Both the position numbers and the translations under genes were made by a program. Shown here piece by piece: positions 1 to 15,600 of a stretch of DNA of 64,000 nucleotides. Under the pieces are notes generated by a model. It searched no databases, was not told where the DNA came from, and saw only the letters and a list, made by a program, of their open reading frames with translations. How positions within the stretch are numbered: the stretch's first letter is position 1; every line of letters starts with the position of its first letter. The DNA comes from Schmidtea polychroa (taxonomy: Eukaryota). The DNA lies in NCBI GenBank assembly GCA_044892525.1, contig CM097888.1, positions 34,224,001 through 34,288,000 on the forward strand, written 5' to 3'.

Positions 1-681
1 CTCCCAACTTACACTCTCATTTTCGATTAACAGTCTTTCTGATTCTTCATCCGGTTTCTGTATAGGAACTATTTCTTCGACAATTTCAACAGTTTCACAT
101 TCAACTGTGCAGCAACTCAATTCAAACATCGACGACTCATCTATCACTTTCACTCCTACTGTCATTACACCGACTTCTACAGTTTCTATCATTTGATCTA
201 CTTGACTGTCTTCCATACTTATTGTATATTCACTTGAACATTCTACAATCACACTTCTGAATTCTGATCCGACCTCGACTGCCTTAGAACCAACATGACT
301 CAAGCTTTCTTCTATTGATTTACATTCAAAACTGCTTTCACTATCAACTGTCTCACACATGAACTCAGTCATTGTTTCTTGGAATTTTCCTACAGCTTCA
401 TGACTTGTTAGTGTATCAATGAATACAATATGCTTTTCTCCGAATGTTTCGCTTCCTACTTCAATCAATTTACTCTCTACACTACTACCGAAGTCAACTG
501 TGTCTTTTAGTTTTTCGAAAGAAACCTCTACAATTTCATTATCTTTCACTGATTCACTACTCATATCTATAGCCTCTGCTTTATAGTCAGTTAACTTATT
601 TGAAGCCTTTGTATCTTTTTCCAAGCTCGTATGTGTCAATTCGATTATTCCAGTTTCAGTTGCAATGTTTTCAGATTTGAT
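1..681 (-). CDS. Type-A module exon, partial (cut by the window edge)
   Basis: Acceptor at 682, open frame to position 1, homologous to the other A exons. Confidence 0.8.
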   Translation of the reverse strand, partial: MKSENIATETGIIELTHTSLEKDTKASNKLTDYKAEAIDMSSESVKDNEIVEVSFEKLKDTVDFGSSVESKLIEVGSETFGEKHIVFIDTLTSHEAVGKFQETMTEFMCETVDSESSFECKSIEESLSHVGSKAVEVGSEFRSVIVECSSEYTISMEDSQVDQMIETVEVGVMTVGVKVIDESSMFELSCCTVECETVEIVEEIVPIQKPDEESERLLIENESVSWE

Positions 682-3600
682 CTAAACACGAGAAAACATT
701 TCTTAAAAATGTCCAAAATGTTTTGTAGTTTTTTTAAACGATAATTTATTATTATAAAAAGTAATTAAAAGAAATGAATAAAAAATATGTTTAATGAAAA
801 TTTAATAAATATCATGATAAATGTATCAAACATTGCTTTAGTGCTATAAATTGTAGGAAAAAAATTAATTTTATTTACCTCTATTTCACTGAAACATTCT
901 TCCATTGTTGATTTCATTTCGTAGCCAGATTCCATGTTGCGAGTCTTTGTTTCTTCGAATTGTATTTCAACGGTGCAATATTTAATGTCTTCATCTGATG
1001 ATATGATGGTTGTTGAATAAACTGATTTTTCTGTTTCAAACATTTCGTTTTCATGCTTAATCTCTCGACACCATTCTCCACTATATTCAACATGCTCAAT
1101 TACATTTTCTATGCTAATATCCTCTATTGTCGGCTTAGCTGTTGAAGTAGCAATATCTAGCATTGGAATCTCCCAACTTACACTCTCATTTTCGATTAAT
1201 AGTCTTTCTGACTCTTCATCCGATTTCTGTATAGGAACTATTTCTTCGACAATTTCAACAGTTTCACATTCAACTGTGCAGCAACTCAAATCAAACATCG
1301 ACGACTCATCTATCACATTTACTCCTACTGTCATTACACCGACTTCTACAGTTTCTATCATTTGATCTACTTGACTGTCTTCCATACTTATTGTATATTC
1401 ACTTGAACATTCTACAATCACACTTCTGAATTCTGATCCGACCTCGACTGCCTTAGAACCAACATGACTCAAGCTTTCTTCTATTGATTTACATTCAAAA
1501 CTGCTTTCACTATCAACTGTCTCACACATGAACTCAGTCATTGTTTCTTGGAATTTTCCTACAGCTTCATGACTTGTTAGTGTATCAATGAATACAATAT
1601 GCTTTTCTCCGAATGTTTCGCTTCCTACTTCAATCAATTTACTCTCTACACTACTACCGAAGTCAACTGTGTCTTTTAGTTTTTCGAAAGAAACATCTAC
1701 AATTTCACTGTCTTTCACTGATTCACTACTCATATCTATAGCCTCTGCTTTATAGTCAGTTAACTTATTTGAAGCCTTTGTATCTTTTTCCAAGCTCGTA
1801 TGTGTCAATTCGATTATTCCAGTTTCAGTTGCAATGTTTTCAGATTTGATCTAAACACAAGAAAACATTTCTTAAAAATGTCCAAAATGTTTTGTAGTTT
1901 TTTTAAACGATAATTTATTATTATAAATGTAATTAAAAGAAATGAATAAAAAATATGTGTAATGAAAATTTAATAAATATCATGATAAATGTATCAAACA
2001 TTGCTTTAGTGCTAAAAATTGTAGGAAAAAAATTAATTTTATTTACCTCTATTTCACTGAAACATTCTTCCATTGTTGATTTCATTTCGTAGCCAGATTC
2101 CATGTTGCGAGTCTTTGTTTCTTCGAATTGTATTTCAACTGTGCAATATTTAATGTCTTCATCTGATGATATGATGGTTGTTGAATAAACTGATTTTTCT
2201 GTTTCAAACATTTCGCTTTCATGCTTAATCTCTCGACACCATTCTCCACTATATTCAACATGCTCAATTACATTTTCTATGCTAATATCCTCTATTGTCG
2301 GCTTAGCTGTTGAAGTAGCAATATCTAGCATTGGAATCTCCCAACTTACACTCTCATTTTCGATTAACAGTCTTTCTGATTCTTCATCCGGTTTCTGTAT
2401 AGGAACTATTTCTTCGACAATTTCAACAGTTTCACATTCAACTGTGCAGCAACTCAATTCAAACATCGACGACTCATCTATCACTTTCACTCCTACTGTC
2501 ATTACACCGACTTCTACAGTTTCTATCATTTGATCTACTTGACTGTCTTCCATACTTATTGTATATTCACTTGAACATTCTACAATCACACTTCTGAATT
2601 CTGATCCGACCTCGACTGCCTTAGAACCAACATGACTCAAGCTTTCTTCTATTGATTTACATTCAAAACTGCTTTCACTATCAACTGTCTCACACATGAA
2701 CTCAGTCATTGTTTCTTGGAATTTTCCTACAGCTTCATGACTTGTTAGTGTATCAATGAATACAATATGCTTTTCTCCGAATGTTTCGCTTCCTACTTCA
2801 ATCAATTTACTCTCTACACTACTACCGAAGTCAACTGTGTCTTTTAGTTTTTCGAAAGAAACCTCTACAATTTCACTATCTTTCACTGATTCACTACTCA
2901 TATCTATAGCCTCTGCTTTATAGTCAGTTAACTTATTTGAAGCCTTTGTATCTTTTTCCAAGCTCGTATGTGTCAATTCGATTATTCCAGTTTCAGTTGC
3001 AATGTTTTCAGATTTGATCTAAACACGAGAAAACATTTCTTAAAAATGTCCAAAATGTTTTGTAGTTTTTTTAAACGATAATTTATTATTATAAAAAGTA
3101 ATTAAAAGAAATGAATAAAAAATATGTTTAATGAAAATTTAATAAATATCATGATAAATGTATCAAACATTGCTTTAGTGTTATAAATTGTAGGAAAAAA
3201 ATTAATTTTATTTACCTCTATTTCACTGAAACATTCTTCCATTGTTGATTTCATTTCGTAGCCAGATTCCATGTTGCGAGTCTTTGTTTCTTCGAATTGT
3301 ATTTCAACGGTGCAATATTTAATGTCTTCATCTGATGATATGATGGTTGTTGAATAAACTGATTTTTCTGTTTCAAACATTTCGCTTTCATGCTTAATGT
3401 CTCGACACCATTCTCCACTATATTCAACATGCTCAGTTACATTTTCTATGCTAATATCCTCTATTGTCGGCTTAGCTGTTGAAGTAGCAATATCTAGCAT
3501 TGGAATCTCCCAACTTACACTCTCATTTTCGATTAATAGTCTTTCTGACTCTTTATCCGATTTCTGTATAGGAACTATTTCTTCGACAATTTCAACAGTT

Positions 3601-6600
3601 TCACATTCAACTGTGCAGCAACTCAAATCAAACATCGACGACTCATCTATCACTTTCACTCCTACTGTCATTACACCGACTTCTACAGTTTCTATCATTT
3701 GATCTACTTGACTGTCTTCCATACTTATTGTATATTCACTTGAACATTCTACAATCACACTTCTGAATTCTGATCCGACCTCGACTGCCTTAGAACAAAC
3801 ATGACTCAAGCTTTCTTCTATTGATTTACATTCAAAACTGCTTTCACTATCAACTGTCTCACACATGAACTCAGTCATTGTTTCTTGGAATTTTCCTACA
3901 GCTTCATGACTTGTTAGTGTATCAATGAATACAATATGCTTTTCTCCGAATGTTTCGCTTCCTACTTCAATCAATTTACTCTCTACACTACTACCGAAGT
4001 CAACTGTGTCTTTTAGTTTTTCGAAAGAAACATCTACAATTTCATTATCTTTCACTGATTCACTACTCATATCTATAGCCTCTGCTTTATAGTCAGTTAA
4101 CTTATTTGAAGCCTTTGTATCTTTTTCCAAGCTCGTATGTGTCAATTCGATTATTCCAGTTTCAGTTGCAATATTTTCAGATTTGATCTAAACACGAGAA
4201 AACATTTCTTAAAAATGTTCACAATGTTTTGTAGATTAGTTTAAACGATAATTTATCATTATAAAAAGTGGTTAAAAGAAATGAATAAAAAATATGTTTA
4301 ATGAAAAACATTATCTTCCTTATAGAGATAATGATAATATTTCAACAATGATTTAGTAATATAATTTGTATAAAAAAGTTGATTTTGACAAATATATTTC
4401 AATTAAATGATATTTATTATGTCGATAAATCATTATTTTATTTTTCAAATATAATTACAACTTAAATATTATGTTAACGTTAAATGAATAAATTCTTTAT
4501 AGAAAATTATATGATTAATTTAGCTTCTAATTTTAGAATTATAGTTATAGCATAGTATTTTTTAATTTATATCTTTATTTTTAATTAATCTTTTATCTCC
4601 ATCTTACCTTTCAAATTTTATAAATATAAGAAATTCTTGTAATTTTCAAAGCTGGTTTTAAATTTCAGCTTTTTCGACTAAATTTCAACTAAATTCGATA
4701 TATATATTTTGAGGATAGAATAATATATAATAAATTTATATAAATAAAGTCTTATTGTATTATTATTAGTTTCAGTATTATTTAAACACAGCGTTATTTG
4801 TAATTAACCTCATTTCAATTGTATAATATTTTTTGAAAATATTTAACTAATAGTTCATAATTTAATATCTCAGATCGTATTTCTTATCCAGATATGCTTT
4901 TAATTTCTTAATTTTGTTCTCATTGTAATTTATTGTAATATTTTTGAAAAATTTTTTACTTTAGTCATATTTTAAAAAGATGTATTTAATAATTTTTTTG
5001 ATGACTTCGAAACACAAATAAATTTGTTTTATATGAGGTATATATAGTCGATACTATACTCAATAGTACTTATTGCAAACTCTATTGCAATTGTATCTTA
5101 AGTTTTTGTATTGAATGACTTCTTATTTGAAACCCTTTTAAACGATTGATGAACTGAAAAAATTTGAAATGTGTTTAAAGTTATTATTATATATTTAATA
5201 TTATTTTATTAAACCTATTATCTTACCGAATGTTTTGAATGAGTTTAAGGTAAGACAATTTTATATTGTAGAACAATTTGATTAAGCGAAAAGAATCTAC
5301 TCACATAAAATTCAGAAATTTGAAATTTTAATTTTTATAAAAATAATAAATCTATAAAAAGTCCATCTTTAGAAAATTCTTTTTTTTAATTATGAGTGGT
5401 CAAAGAATTTTATCAGAATATTATAAAAACATGTCTATGTATAGAAGGTAGAGTGAAATTATTTAGAAGAAAATTTATAAACCTGTCCGAATTCGGTTTC
5501 GTAACTGCTTTCACAATAATCAATTTCTTTATTTAAATTCATATTTATAAGTGACATTTTGCAGTTGTAACAATACTTTTCATTTCAGTTTCACTAGCTA
5601 TACTCTCATTTTCTATCAATATTACATCAGCCTTTTCTTTTTCACTAGCCTTTTCAATTATTTCTTCTTCTATCATTTCTGTTCTTTCACATTCAAAAGA
5701 TTTCCAAACCACTTCACAACTTGTTGATTCATCGACAACTTCAACGAATAAAGTCTCCGTGCCGATTTCGAAATATTCTTTTGTTTCATTAACTTTACTT
5801 TCAATCAATTTTATTCTATATTCGCTAGAACAATCTACGGTTTTACTTCTGCTTTCAATTTCCGCTTCTGAAACTTGTTCTTCCTCAAATTTCCCATCTA
5901 AGAAATTCCAACAGTCTACCATTTCAATCTTAAAATCCGTTAACGTGTTGACAACCTTTGATTTCACTTCGTAGCTCGTTAAAACATTCACTAACACCTC
6001 ATGCTTTTCTCCATAAATTTCGGTTCCAACTTCTATTAGTTGACTCTTGACGTATTTACTGAAATCCACACTCTCTTTCTCGACTCCAAATTCTATTTCA
6101 ACTATTTCAGTGTCTTTAGAGAATTCACTCTTCATCTCAATGATGTCTGTTCGGAAATCTGTGGATTTATCTCTATTTCTTATCTCAAGTTCCAAACTTG
6201 TATCAATCAACTCTGGTAGATTCGACTCCACCGCAATGTTTTCAGTTTTAATCTGAATTTAATGAAACCATTTACATTCAATAAAATTGTTGCTATTAAT
6301 ATTATTTTCAGTATGATTATATTTTAATATAAAGATCAAAATAACTATATTATAGCTCGCCGTAAATTAAAACATTATTAAAATACATTACTTATTACCA
6401 TTCAAAGAAACAATTTCATTTTCATTTTTCAATAATCGTTATTTAAATATTTTTAGATTTTAAAATTAAAATTATATTTCATTTGGCTGATTAAATTTAT
6501 AAGTAATATATGTTATTATTTTTACTATTATCAATTTGATTTCTTAATAAAATGTTGTCAAGTTTGTTTACCTATTAAATAATTTCTATTAAAAATATAT

Positions 6601-9600
6601 TTCATTATTATTTTTTTTATTAATAAATGAATATTAATAATATTATTTTATATATTTAGTTAAGAAAATTCATCAACCATACATAAAGTTCCCATTTCAA
6701 TTTACACTCTATTTGAGTAAATTAAAACAAATAATTTTTAAAGCAGTGAAGAATTAAGATTTCATTTGAAATTGATCTCTAATAAAAATATGAAAATTAT
6801 TTACCTCTAAATGTTGGGATGAATCTTTCACCAATGATTTGAACTCGAATCCTATTTCAGATGTTATATCACATATTTTACTTTCGAATTGGATGTCAAT
6901 CGAACAAGATTTTATTTCAGATGTCGCTACCATTGTCTTGAGTTTTCTCTGTTCAGTTTCAAATAATTTATTTTCATAAGCCTGTCCGAATTCGGTTTCG
7001 TAACTGCTTTCACAATAATCTATTTCTTTATTTGAAATCATGTCAATCAGTGAACATTTTGCAGTTGTAACAATACTTTTCATTTCAGTTTCACTAGCTA
7101 TACTCTCATTTTCTATCAATATTACATCAGCCTTTTCTTTTTCACTAGCCTTTTCAATTATTTCTTCTTCTATCATTTCTGTTCTTTCACATTCAAAAGA
7201 TTTCCAAACCACTTCACAACTTGTTGATTCATCGACAACTTCAACGAATAAAGTCTCCGTGCCGATTTCGAAATATTCTTTTGTTTCATTAACTTTACTT
7301 TCAATCAATTTTATTCTATATTCGCTAGAACAATCTACGGTTTTACTTCTGCTTTCAATTTCCGCTTCTGAAACTTGTTCTTCCTCAAATTTCCCATCTA
7401 AGAAATTCCAACAGTCTACCATTTCAATCTTAAAATCCGTTAACGTGTTGACAACCTTTGATTTCACTTCGTAGCTCGTTAAAACATTCACTAACACCTC
7501 ATGCTTTTCTCCATAAATTTCGGTTCCAACTTCTATTAGTTGACTCTTGACGTATTTACTGAAATCCACACTCTCTTTCTCGACTCCAAATTCTATTTCA
7601 ACTATTTCAGTGTCTTTAGAGAATTCACTCTTCATCTCAATGATGTCTGTTCGGAAATCTGTGGATTTATCTCTATTTCTTATCTCAAGTTCCAAACTTG
7701 TATCAATCAACTCTGGTAGATTCGACTCCACCGCAATGTTTTCAGTTTTAATCTGAATTTAATGAAACCATTTACATTCAATAAAATTGTTGCTATTAAT
7801 ATTATTTTCAGTATGATTATATTTTAATATAAAGATCAAAATAATTATATTATAGCTCGCCGTAAATTAAAACATTATTAAAATACATTACTTATTACCA
7901 TTCAAAGAAACAATTTCATTTTCATTTTTCAATAATCGTTATTTAAATATTTTTAGATTTTAAAATTAAAATTATATTTCATTTGGCTGATTAAATTTAT
8001 AAGTAATATATGTTATTATTTTTACTATTATCAATTTGATTTCTTAATAAAATGTTGTCAAGTTTGTTTACCTATTAAATAATTTCTATTAAAAATATAT
8101 TTCATTATTATTTTTTTTATTAATAAATGAATATTAATAATATTATTTTATATATTTAGTTAAGAAAATTCATCAACCATACATAAAGTTCCCATTTCAA
8201 TTTACACTCTATTTGAGTAAATTAAAACAAATAATTTTTAAAGCAGTGAAGAATTAAGATTTCATTTGAAATTGATCTCTAATAAAAATATGAAAATTAT
8301 TTACCTCTAAATGTTGGGATGAATCTTTCACCAATGATTTGAACTCGAATCCTATTTCAGATGTTATATCACATATTTTACTTTCGAATTGGATGTCAAT
8401 CGAACAAGATTTTATTTCAGATGTCGCTACCATTGTCTTGAGTTTTCTCTGTTCAGTTTCAAATAATTTATTTTCATAAGCCTGTCCGAATTCGGTTTCG
8501 TAACTGCTTTCACAATAATCTATTTCTTTATTTGAAATCATGTCAATCAGTGAACATTTTGCAGTTGTAACAATACTTTTCATTTCAGTTTCACTAGCTA
8601 TACTCTCATTTTCTATCAATATTACATCAGCCTTTTCTTTTTCACTAGCCTTTTCAATTATTTCTTCTTCTATCATTTCTGTTCTTTCACATTCAAAAGA
8701 TTTCCAAACCACTTCACAACTTGTTGATTCATCGACAACTTCAACGAATAAAGTCTCCGTGCCGATTTCGAAATATTCTTTTGTTTCATTAACTTTACTT
8801 TCAATCAATTTTATTCTATATTCGCTAGAACAATCTACGGTTTTACTTCTGCTTTCAATTTCCGCTTCTGAAACTTGTTCTTCCTCAAATTTCCCATCTA
8901 AGAAATTCCAACAGTCTACCATTTCAATCTTAAAATCCGTTAACGTGTTGACAACCTTTGATTTCACTTCGTAGCTCGTTAAAACATTCACTAACACCTC
9001 ATGCTTTTCTCCATAAATTTCGGTTCCAACTTCTATTAGTTGACTCTTGACGTATTTACTGAAATCCACACTCTCTTTCTCGACTCCAAATTCTATTTCA
9101 ACTATTTCAGTGTCTTTAGAGAATTCACTCTTCATCTCAATGATGTCTGTTCGGAAATCTGTGGATTTATCTCTATTTCTTATCTCAAGTTCCAAACTTG
9201 TATCAATCAACTCTGGTAGATTCGACTCCACCGCAATGTTTTCAGTTTTAATCTGAATTTAATGAAACCATTTACATTCAATAAAATTGTTGCTATTAAT
9301 ATTATTTTCAGTATGATTATATTTTAATATAAAGATCAAAATAATTATATTATAGCTCGCCGTAAATTAAAACATTATTAAAATACATTACTTATTACCA
9401 TTCAAAGAAACAATTTCATTTTCATTTTTCAATAATCGTTATTTAAATATTTTTAGATTTTAAAATTAAAATTATATTTCATTTGGCTGATTAAATTTAT
9501 AAGTAATATATGTTATTATTTTTACTATTATCAATTTGATTTCTTAATAAAATGTTGTCAAGTTTGTTTACCTATTAAATAATTTCTATTAAAAATATAT

Positions 9601-12600
9601 TTCATTATTATTTTTTTTATTAATAAATGAATATTAATAATATTATTTTATATATTTAGTTAAGAAAATTCATCAACCATACATAAAGTTCCCATTTCAA
9701 TTTACACTCTATTTGAGTAAATTAAAACAAATAATTTTTAAAGCAGTGAAGAATTAAGATTTCATTTGAAATTGATCTCTAATAAAAATATGAAAATTAT
9801 TTACCTCTAAATGTTGGGATGAATCTTTCACCAATGATTTGAACTCGAATCCTATTTCAGATGTTATATCACATATTTTACTTTCGAATTGGATGTCAAT
9901 CGAACAAGATTTTATTTCAGATGTCGCTACCATTGTCTTGAGTTTTCTCTGTTCAGTTTCAAATAATTTATTTTCATAAGCCTGTCCGAATTCGGTTTCG
10001 TAACTGCTTTCACAATAATCTATTTCTTTATTTGAAATCATGTCAATCAGTGAACATTTTGCAGTTGTAACAATACTTTTCATTTCAGTTTCACTAGCTA
10101 TACTCTCATTTTCTATCAATATTACATCAGCCTTTTCTTTTTCACTAGCCTTTTCAATTATTTCTTCTTCTATCATTTCTGTTCTTTCACATTCAAAAGA
10201 TTTCCAAACCACTTCACAACTTGTTGATTCATCGACAACTTCAACGAATAAAGTCTCCGTGCCGATTTCGAAATATTCTTTTGTTTCATTAACTTTACTT
10301 TCAATCAATTTTATTCTATATTCGCTAGAACAATCTACGGTTTTACTTCTGCTTTCAATTTCCGCTTCTGAAACTTGTTCTTCCTCAAATTTCCCATCTA
10401 AGAAATTCCAACAGTCTACCATTTCAATCTTAAAATCCGTTAACGTGTTGACAACCTTTGATTTCACTTCGTAGCTCGTTAAAACATTCACTAACACCTC
10501 ATGCTTTTCTCCATAAATTTCGGTTCCAACTTCTATTAGTTGACTCTTGACGTATTTACTGAAATCCACACTCTCTTTCTCGACTCCAAATTCTATTTCA
10601 ACTATTTCAGTGTCTTTAGAGAATTCACTCTTCATCTCAATGATGTCTGTTCGGAAATCTGTGGATTTATCTCTATTTCTTATCTCAAGTTCCAAACTTG
10701 TATCAATCAACTCTGGTAGATTCGACTCCACCGCAATGTTTTCAGTTTTAATCTGAATTTAATGAAACCATTTACATTCAATAAAATTGTTGCTATTAAT
10801 ATTATTTTCAGTATGATTATATTTTAATATAAAGATCAAAATAATTATATTATAGCTCGCCGTAAATTAAAACATTATTAAAATACATTACTTATTACCA
10901 TTCAAAGAAACAATTTCATTTTCATTTTTCAATAATCGTTATTTAAATATTTTTAGATTTTAAAATTAAAATTATATTTCATTTGGCTGATTAAATTTAT
11001 AAGTAATATATGTTATTATTTTTACTATTATCAATTTGATTTCTTAATAAAATGTTGTCAAGTTTGTTTACCTATTAAATAATTTCTATTAAAAATATAT
11101 TTCATTATTATTTTTTTTATTAATAAATGAATATTAATAATATTATTTTATATATTTAGTTAAGAAAATTCATCAACCATACATAAAGTTCCCATTTCAA
11201 TTTACACTCTATTTGAGTAAATTAAAACAAATAATTTTTAAAGCAGTGAAGAATTAAGATTTCATTTGAAATTGATCTCTAATAAAAATATGAAAATTAT
11301 TTACCTCTAAATGTTGGGATGAATCTTTCACCAATGATTTGAACTCGAATCCTATTTCAGATGTTATATCACATATTTTACTTTCGAATTGGATGTCAAT
11401 CGAACAAGATTTTATTTCAGATGTCGCTACCATTGTCTTGAGTTTTCTCTGTTCAGTTTCAAATAATTTATTTTCATAAGCCTGTCCGAATTCGGTTTCG
11501 TAACTGCTTTCACAATAATCTATTTCTTTATTTGAAATCATGTCAATCAGTGAACATTTTGCAGTTGTAACAATACTTTTCATTTCAGTTTCACTAGCTA
11601 TACTCTCATTTTCTATCAATATTACATCAGCCTTTTCTTTTTCACTAGCCTTTTCAATTATTTCTTCTTCTATCATTTCTGTTCTTTCACATTCAAAAGA
11701 TTTCCAAACCACTTCACAACTTGTTGATTCATCGACAACTTCAACGAATAAAGTCTCCGTGCCGATTTCGAAATATTCTTTTGTTTCATTAACTTTACTT
11801 TCAATCAATTTTATTCTATATTCGCTAGAACAATCTACGGTTTTACTTCTGCTTTCAATTTCCGCTTCTGAAACTTGTTCTTCCTCAAATTTCCCATCTA
11901 AGAAATTCCAACAGTCTACCATTTCAATCTTAAAATCCGTTAACGTGTTGACAACCTTTGATTTCACTTCGTAGCTCGTTAAAACATTCACTAACACCTC
12001 ATGCTTTTCTCCATAAATTTCGGTTCCAACTTCTATTAGTTGACTCTTGACGTATTTACTGAAATCCACACTCTCTTTCTCGACTCCAAATTCTATTTCA
12101 ACTATTTCAGTGTCTTTAGAGAATTCACTCTTCATCTCAATGATGTCTGTTCGGAAATCTGTGGATTTATCTCTATTTCTTATCTCAAGTTCCAAACTTG
12201 TATCAATCAACTCTGGTAGATTCGACTCCACCGCAATGTTTTCAGTTTTAATCTGAATTTAATGAAACCATTTACATTCAATAAAATTGTTGCTATTAAT
12301 ATTATTTTCAGTATGATTATATTTTAATATAAAGATCAAAATAACTATATTATAGCTCGCCGTAAATTAAAACATTATTAAAATACATTACTTATTACCA
12401 TTCAAAGAAACAATTTCATTTTCATTTTTCAATAATCGTTATTTAAATATTTTTAGATTTTAAAATTAAAATTATATTTCATTTGGCTGATTAAATTTAT
12501 AAGTAATATATGTTATTATTTTTACTATTATCAATTTGATTTCTTAATAAAATGTTGTCAAGTTTGTTTACCTATTAAATAATTTCTATTAAAAATATAT

Positions 12601-15600
12601 TTCATTATTATTTTTTTTATTAATAAATGAATATTAATAATATTATTTTATATATTTAGTTAAGAAAATTCATCAACCATACATAAAGTTCCCATTTCAA
12701 TTTACACTCTATTTGAGTAAATTAAAACAAATAATTTTTAAAGCAGTGAAGAATTAAGATTTCATTTGAAATTGATCTCTAATAAAAATATGAAAATTAT
12801 TTACCTCTAAATGTTGGGATGAATCTTTCACCAATGATTTGAACTCGAATCCTATTTCAGATGTTATATCACATATTTTACTTTCGAATTGGATGTCAAT
12901 CGAACAAGATTTTATTTCAGATGTCGCTACCATTGTCTTGAGTTTTCTCTGTTCAGTTTCAAATAATTTATTTTCATAAGCCTGTCCGAATTCAGTTTCG
13001 TAACTGCTTTCACAATAATCTATTTCTTTATTTGAAATCATGTCAATCAGTGAACATTTTGCAGTTGTAACAATACTTTTCATTTCAGTTTCACTAGCTA
13101 TACTCTCATTTTCTATCAATATTACATCAGCCTTTTCTTTTTCACTAGCCTTTTCAATTATTTCTTCTTCTATCATTTCTGTTCTTTCACATTCAAAAGA
13201 TTTCCAAACCACTTCACAACTTGTTGATTCATCGACAACTTCAACGAATAAAGTCTCCGTGCCGATTTCGAAATATTCTTTTGTTTCATTAACTTTACTT
13301 TCAATCAATTTTATTCTATATTCGCTAGAACAATCTACGGTTTTACTTCTGCTTTCAATTTCCGCTTCTGAAACTTGTTCTTCCTCAAATTTCCCATCTA
13401 AGAAATTCCAACAGTCTACCATTTCAATCTTAAAATCCGTTAACGTGTTGACAACCTTTGATTTCACTTCGTAGCTCGTTAAAACATTCACTAACACCTC
13501 ATGCTTTTCTCCATAAATTTCGGTTCCAACTTCTATTAGTTGACTCTTGACGTATTTACTGAAATCCACACTCTCTTTCTCGACTCCAAATTCTATTTCA
13601 ACTATTTCAGTGTCTTTAGAGAATTCACTCTTCATCTCAATGATGTCTGTTCGGAAATCTGTGGATTTATCTCTATTTCTTATCTCAAGTTCCAAACTTG
13701 TATCAATCAACTCTGGTAGATTCGACTCCACCGCAATGTTTTCAGTTTTAATCTGAATTTAATGAAACCATTTACATTCAATAAAATTGTTGCTATTAAT
13801 ATTATTTTCAGTATGATTATATTTTAATATAAAGATCAAAATAACTATATTATAGCTCGCCGTAAATTAAAACATTATTAAAATACATTACTTATTACCA
13901 TTCAAAGAAACAATTTCATTTTCATTTTTCAATAATCGTTATTTAAATATTTTTAGATTTTAAAATTAAAATTATATTTCATTTGGCTGATTAAATTTAT
14001 AAGTAATATATGTTATTATTTTTACTATTATCAATTTGATTTCTTAATAAAATGTTGTCAAGTTTGTTTACCTATTAAATAATTTCTATTAAAAATATAT
14101 TTCATTATTATTTTTTTTATTAATAAATGAATATTAATAATATTATTTTATATATTTAGTTAAGAAAATTCATCAACCATACATAAAGTTCCCATTTCAA
14201 TTTACACTCTATTTGAGTAAATTAAAACAAATAATTTTTAAAGCAGTGAAGAATTAAGATTTCATTTGAAATTGATCTCTAATAAAAATATGAAAATTAT
14301 TTACCTCTAAATGTTGGGATGAATCTTTCACCAATGATTTGAACTCGAATCCTATTTCAGATGTTATATCACATATTTTACTTTCGAATTGGATGTCAAT
14401 CGAACAAGATTTTATTTCAGATGTCGCTACCATTGTCTTGAGTTTTCTCTGTTCAGTTTCAAATAATTTATTTTCATAAGCCTGTCCGAATTCGGTTTCG
14501 TAACTGCTTTCACAATAATCTATTTCTTTATTTGAAATCATGTCAATCAGTGAACATTTTGCAGTTGTAACAATACTTTTCATTTCAGTTTCACTAGCTA
14601 TACTCTCATTTTCTATCAATATTACATCAGCCTTTTCTTTTTCACTAGCCTTTTCAATTATTTCTTCTTCTATCATTTCTGTTCTTTCACATTCAAAAGA
14701 TTTCCAAACCACTTCACAACTTGTTGATTCATCGACAACTTCAACGAATAAAGTCTCCGTGCCGATTTCGAAATATTCTTTTGTTTCATTAACTTTACTT
14801 TCAATCAATTTTATTCTATATTCGCTAGAACAATCTACGGTTTTACTTCTGCTTTCAATTTCCGCTTCTGAAACTTGTTCTTCCTCAAATTTCCCATCTA
14901 AGAAATTCCAACAGTCTACCATTTCAATCTTAAAATCCGTTAACGTGTTGACAACCTTTGATTTCACTTCGTAGCTCGTTAAAACATTCACTAACACCTC
15001 ATGCTTTTCTCCATAAATTTCGGTTCCAACTTCTATTAGTTGACTCTTGACGTATTTACTGAAATCCACACTCTCTTTCTCGACTCCAAATTCTATTTCA
15101 ACTATTTCAGTGTCTTTAGAGAATTCACTCTTCATCTCAATGATGTCTGTTCGGAAATCTGTGGATTTATCTCTATTTCTTATCTCAAGTTCCAAACTTG
15201 TATCAATCAACTCTGGTAGATTCGACTCCACCGCAATGTTTTCAGTTTTAATCTGAATTTAATGAAACCATTTACATTCAATAAAATTGTTGCTATTAAT
15301 ATTATTTTCAGTATGATTATATTTTAATATAAAGATCAAAATAACTATATTATAGCTCGCCGTAAATTAAAACATTATTAAAATACATTACTTATTACCA
15401 TTCAAAGAAACAATTTCATTTTCATTTTTCAATAATCGTTATTTAAATATTTTTAGATTTTAAAATTAAAATTATATTTCATTTGGCTGATTAAATTTAT
15501 AAGTAATATATGTTATTATTTTTACTATTATCAATTTGATTTCTTAATAAAATGTTGTCAAGTTTGTTTACCTATTAAATAATTTCTATTAAAAATATAT

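Larger units (their letters stand above)
1..4305 (-). repeat. Tandem array of 1168/1169-bp exon+intron units (type A), continuing past the left edge
   Basis: Periods are 1169, 1168, 1169. Intron homology ends at about 4305. Confidence 0.96.
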
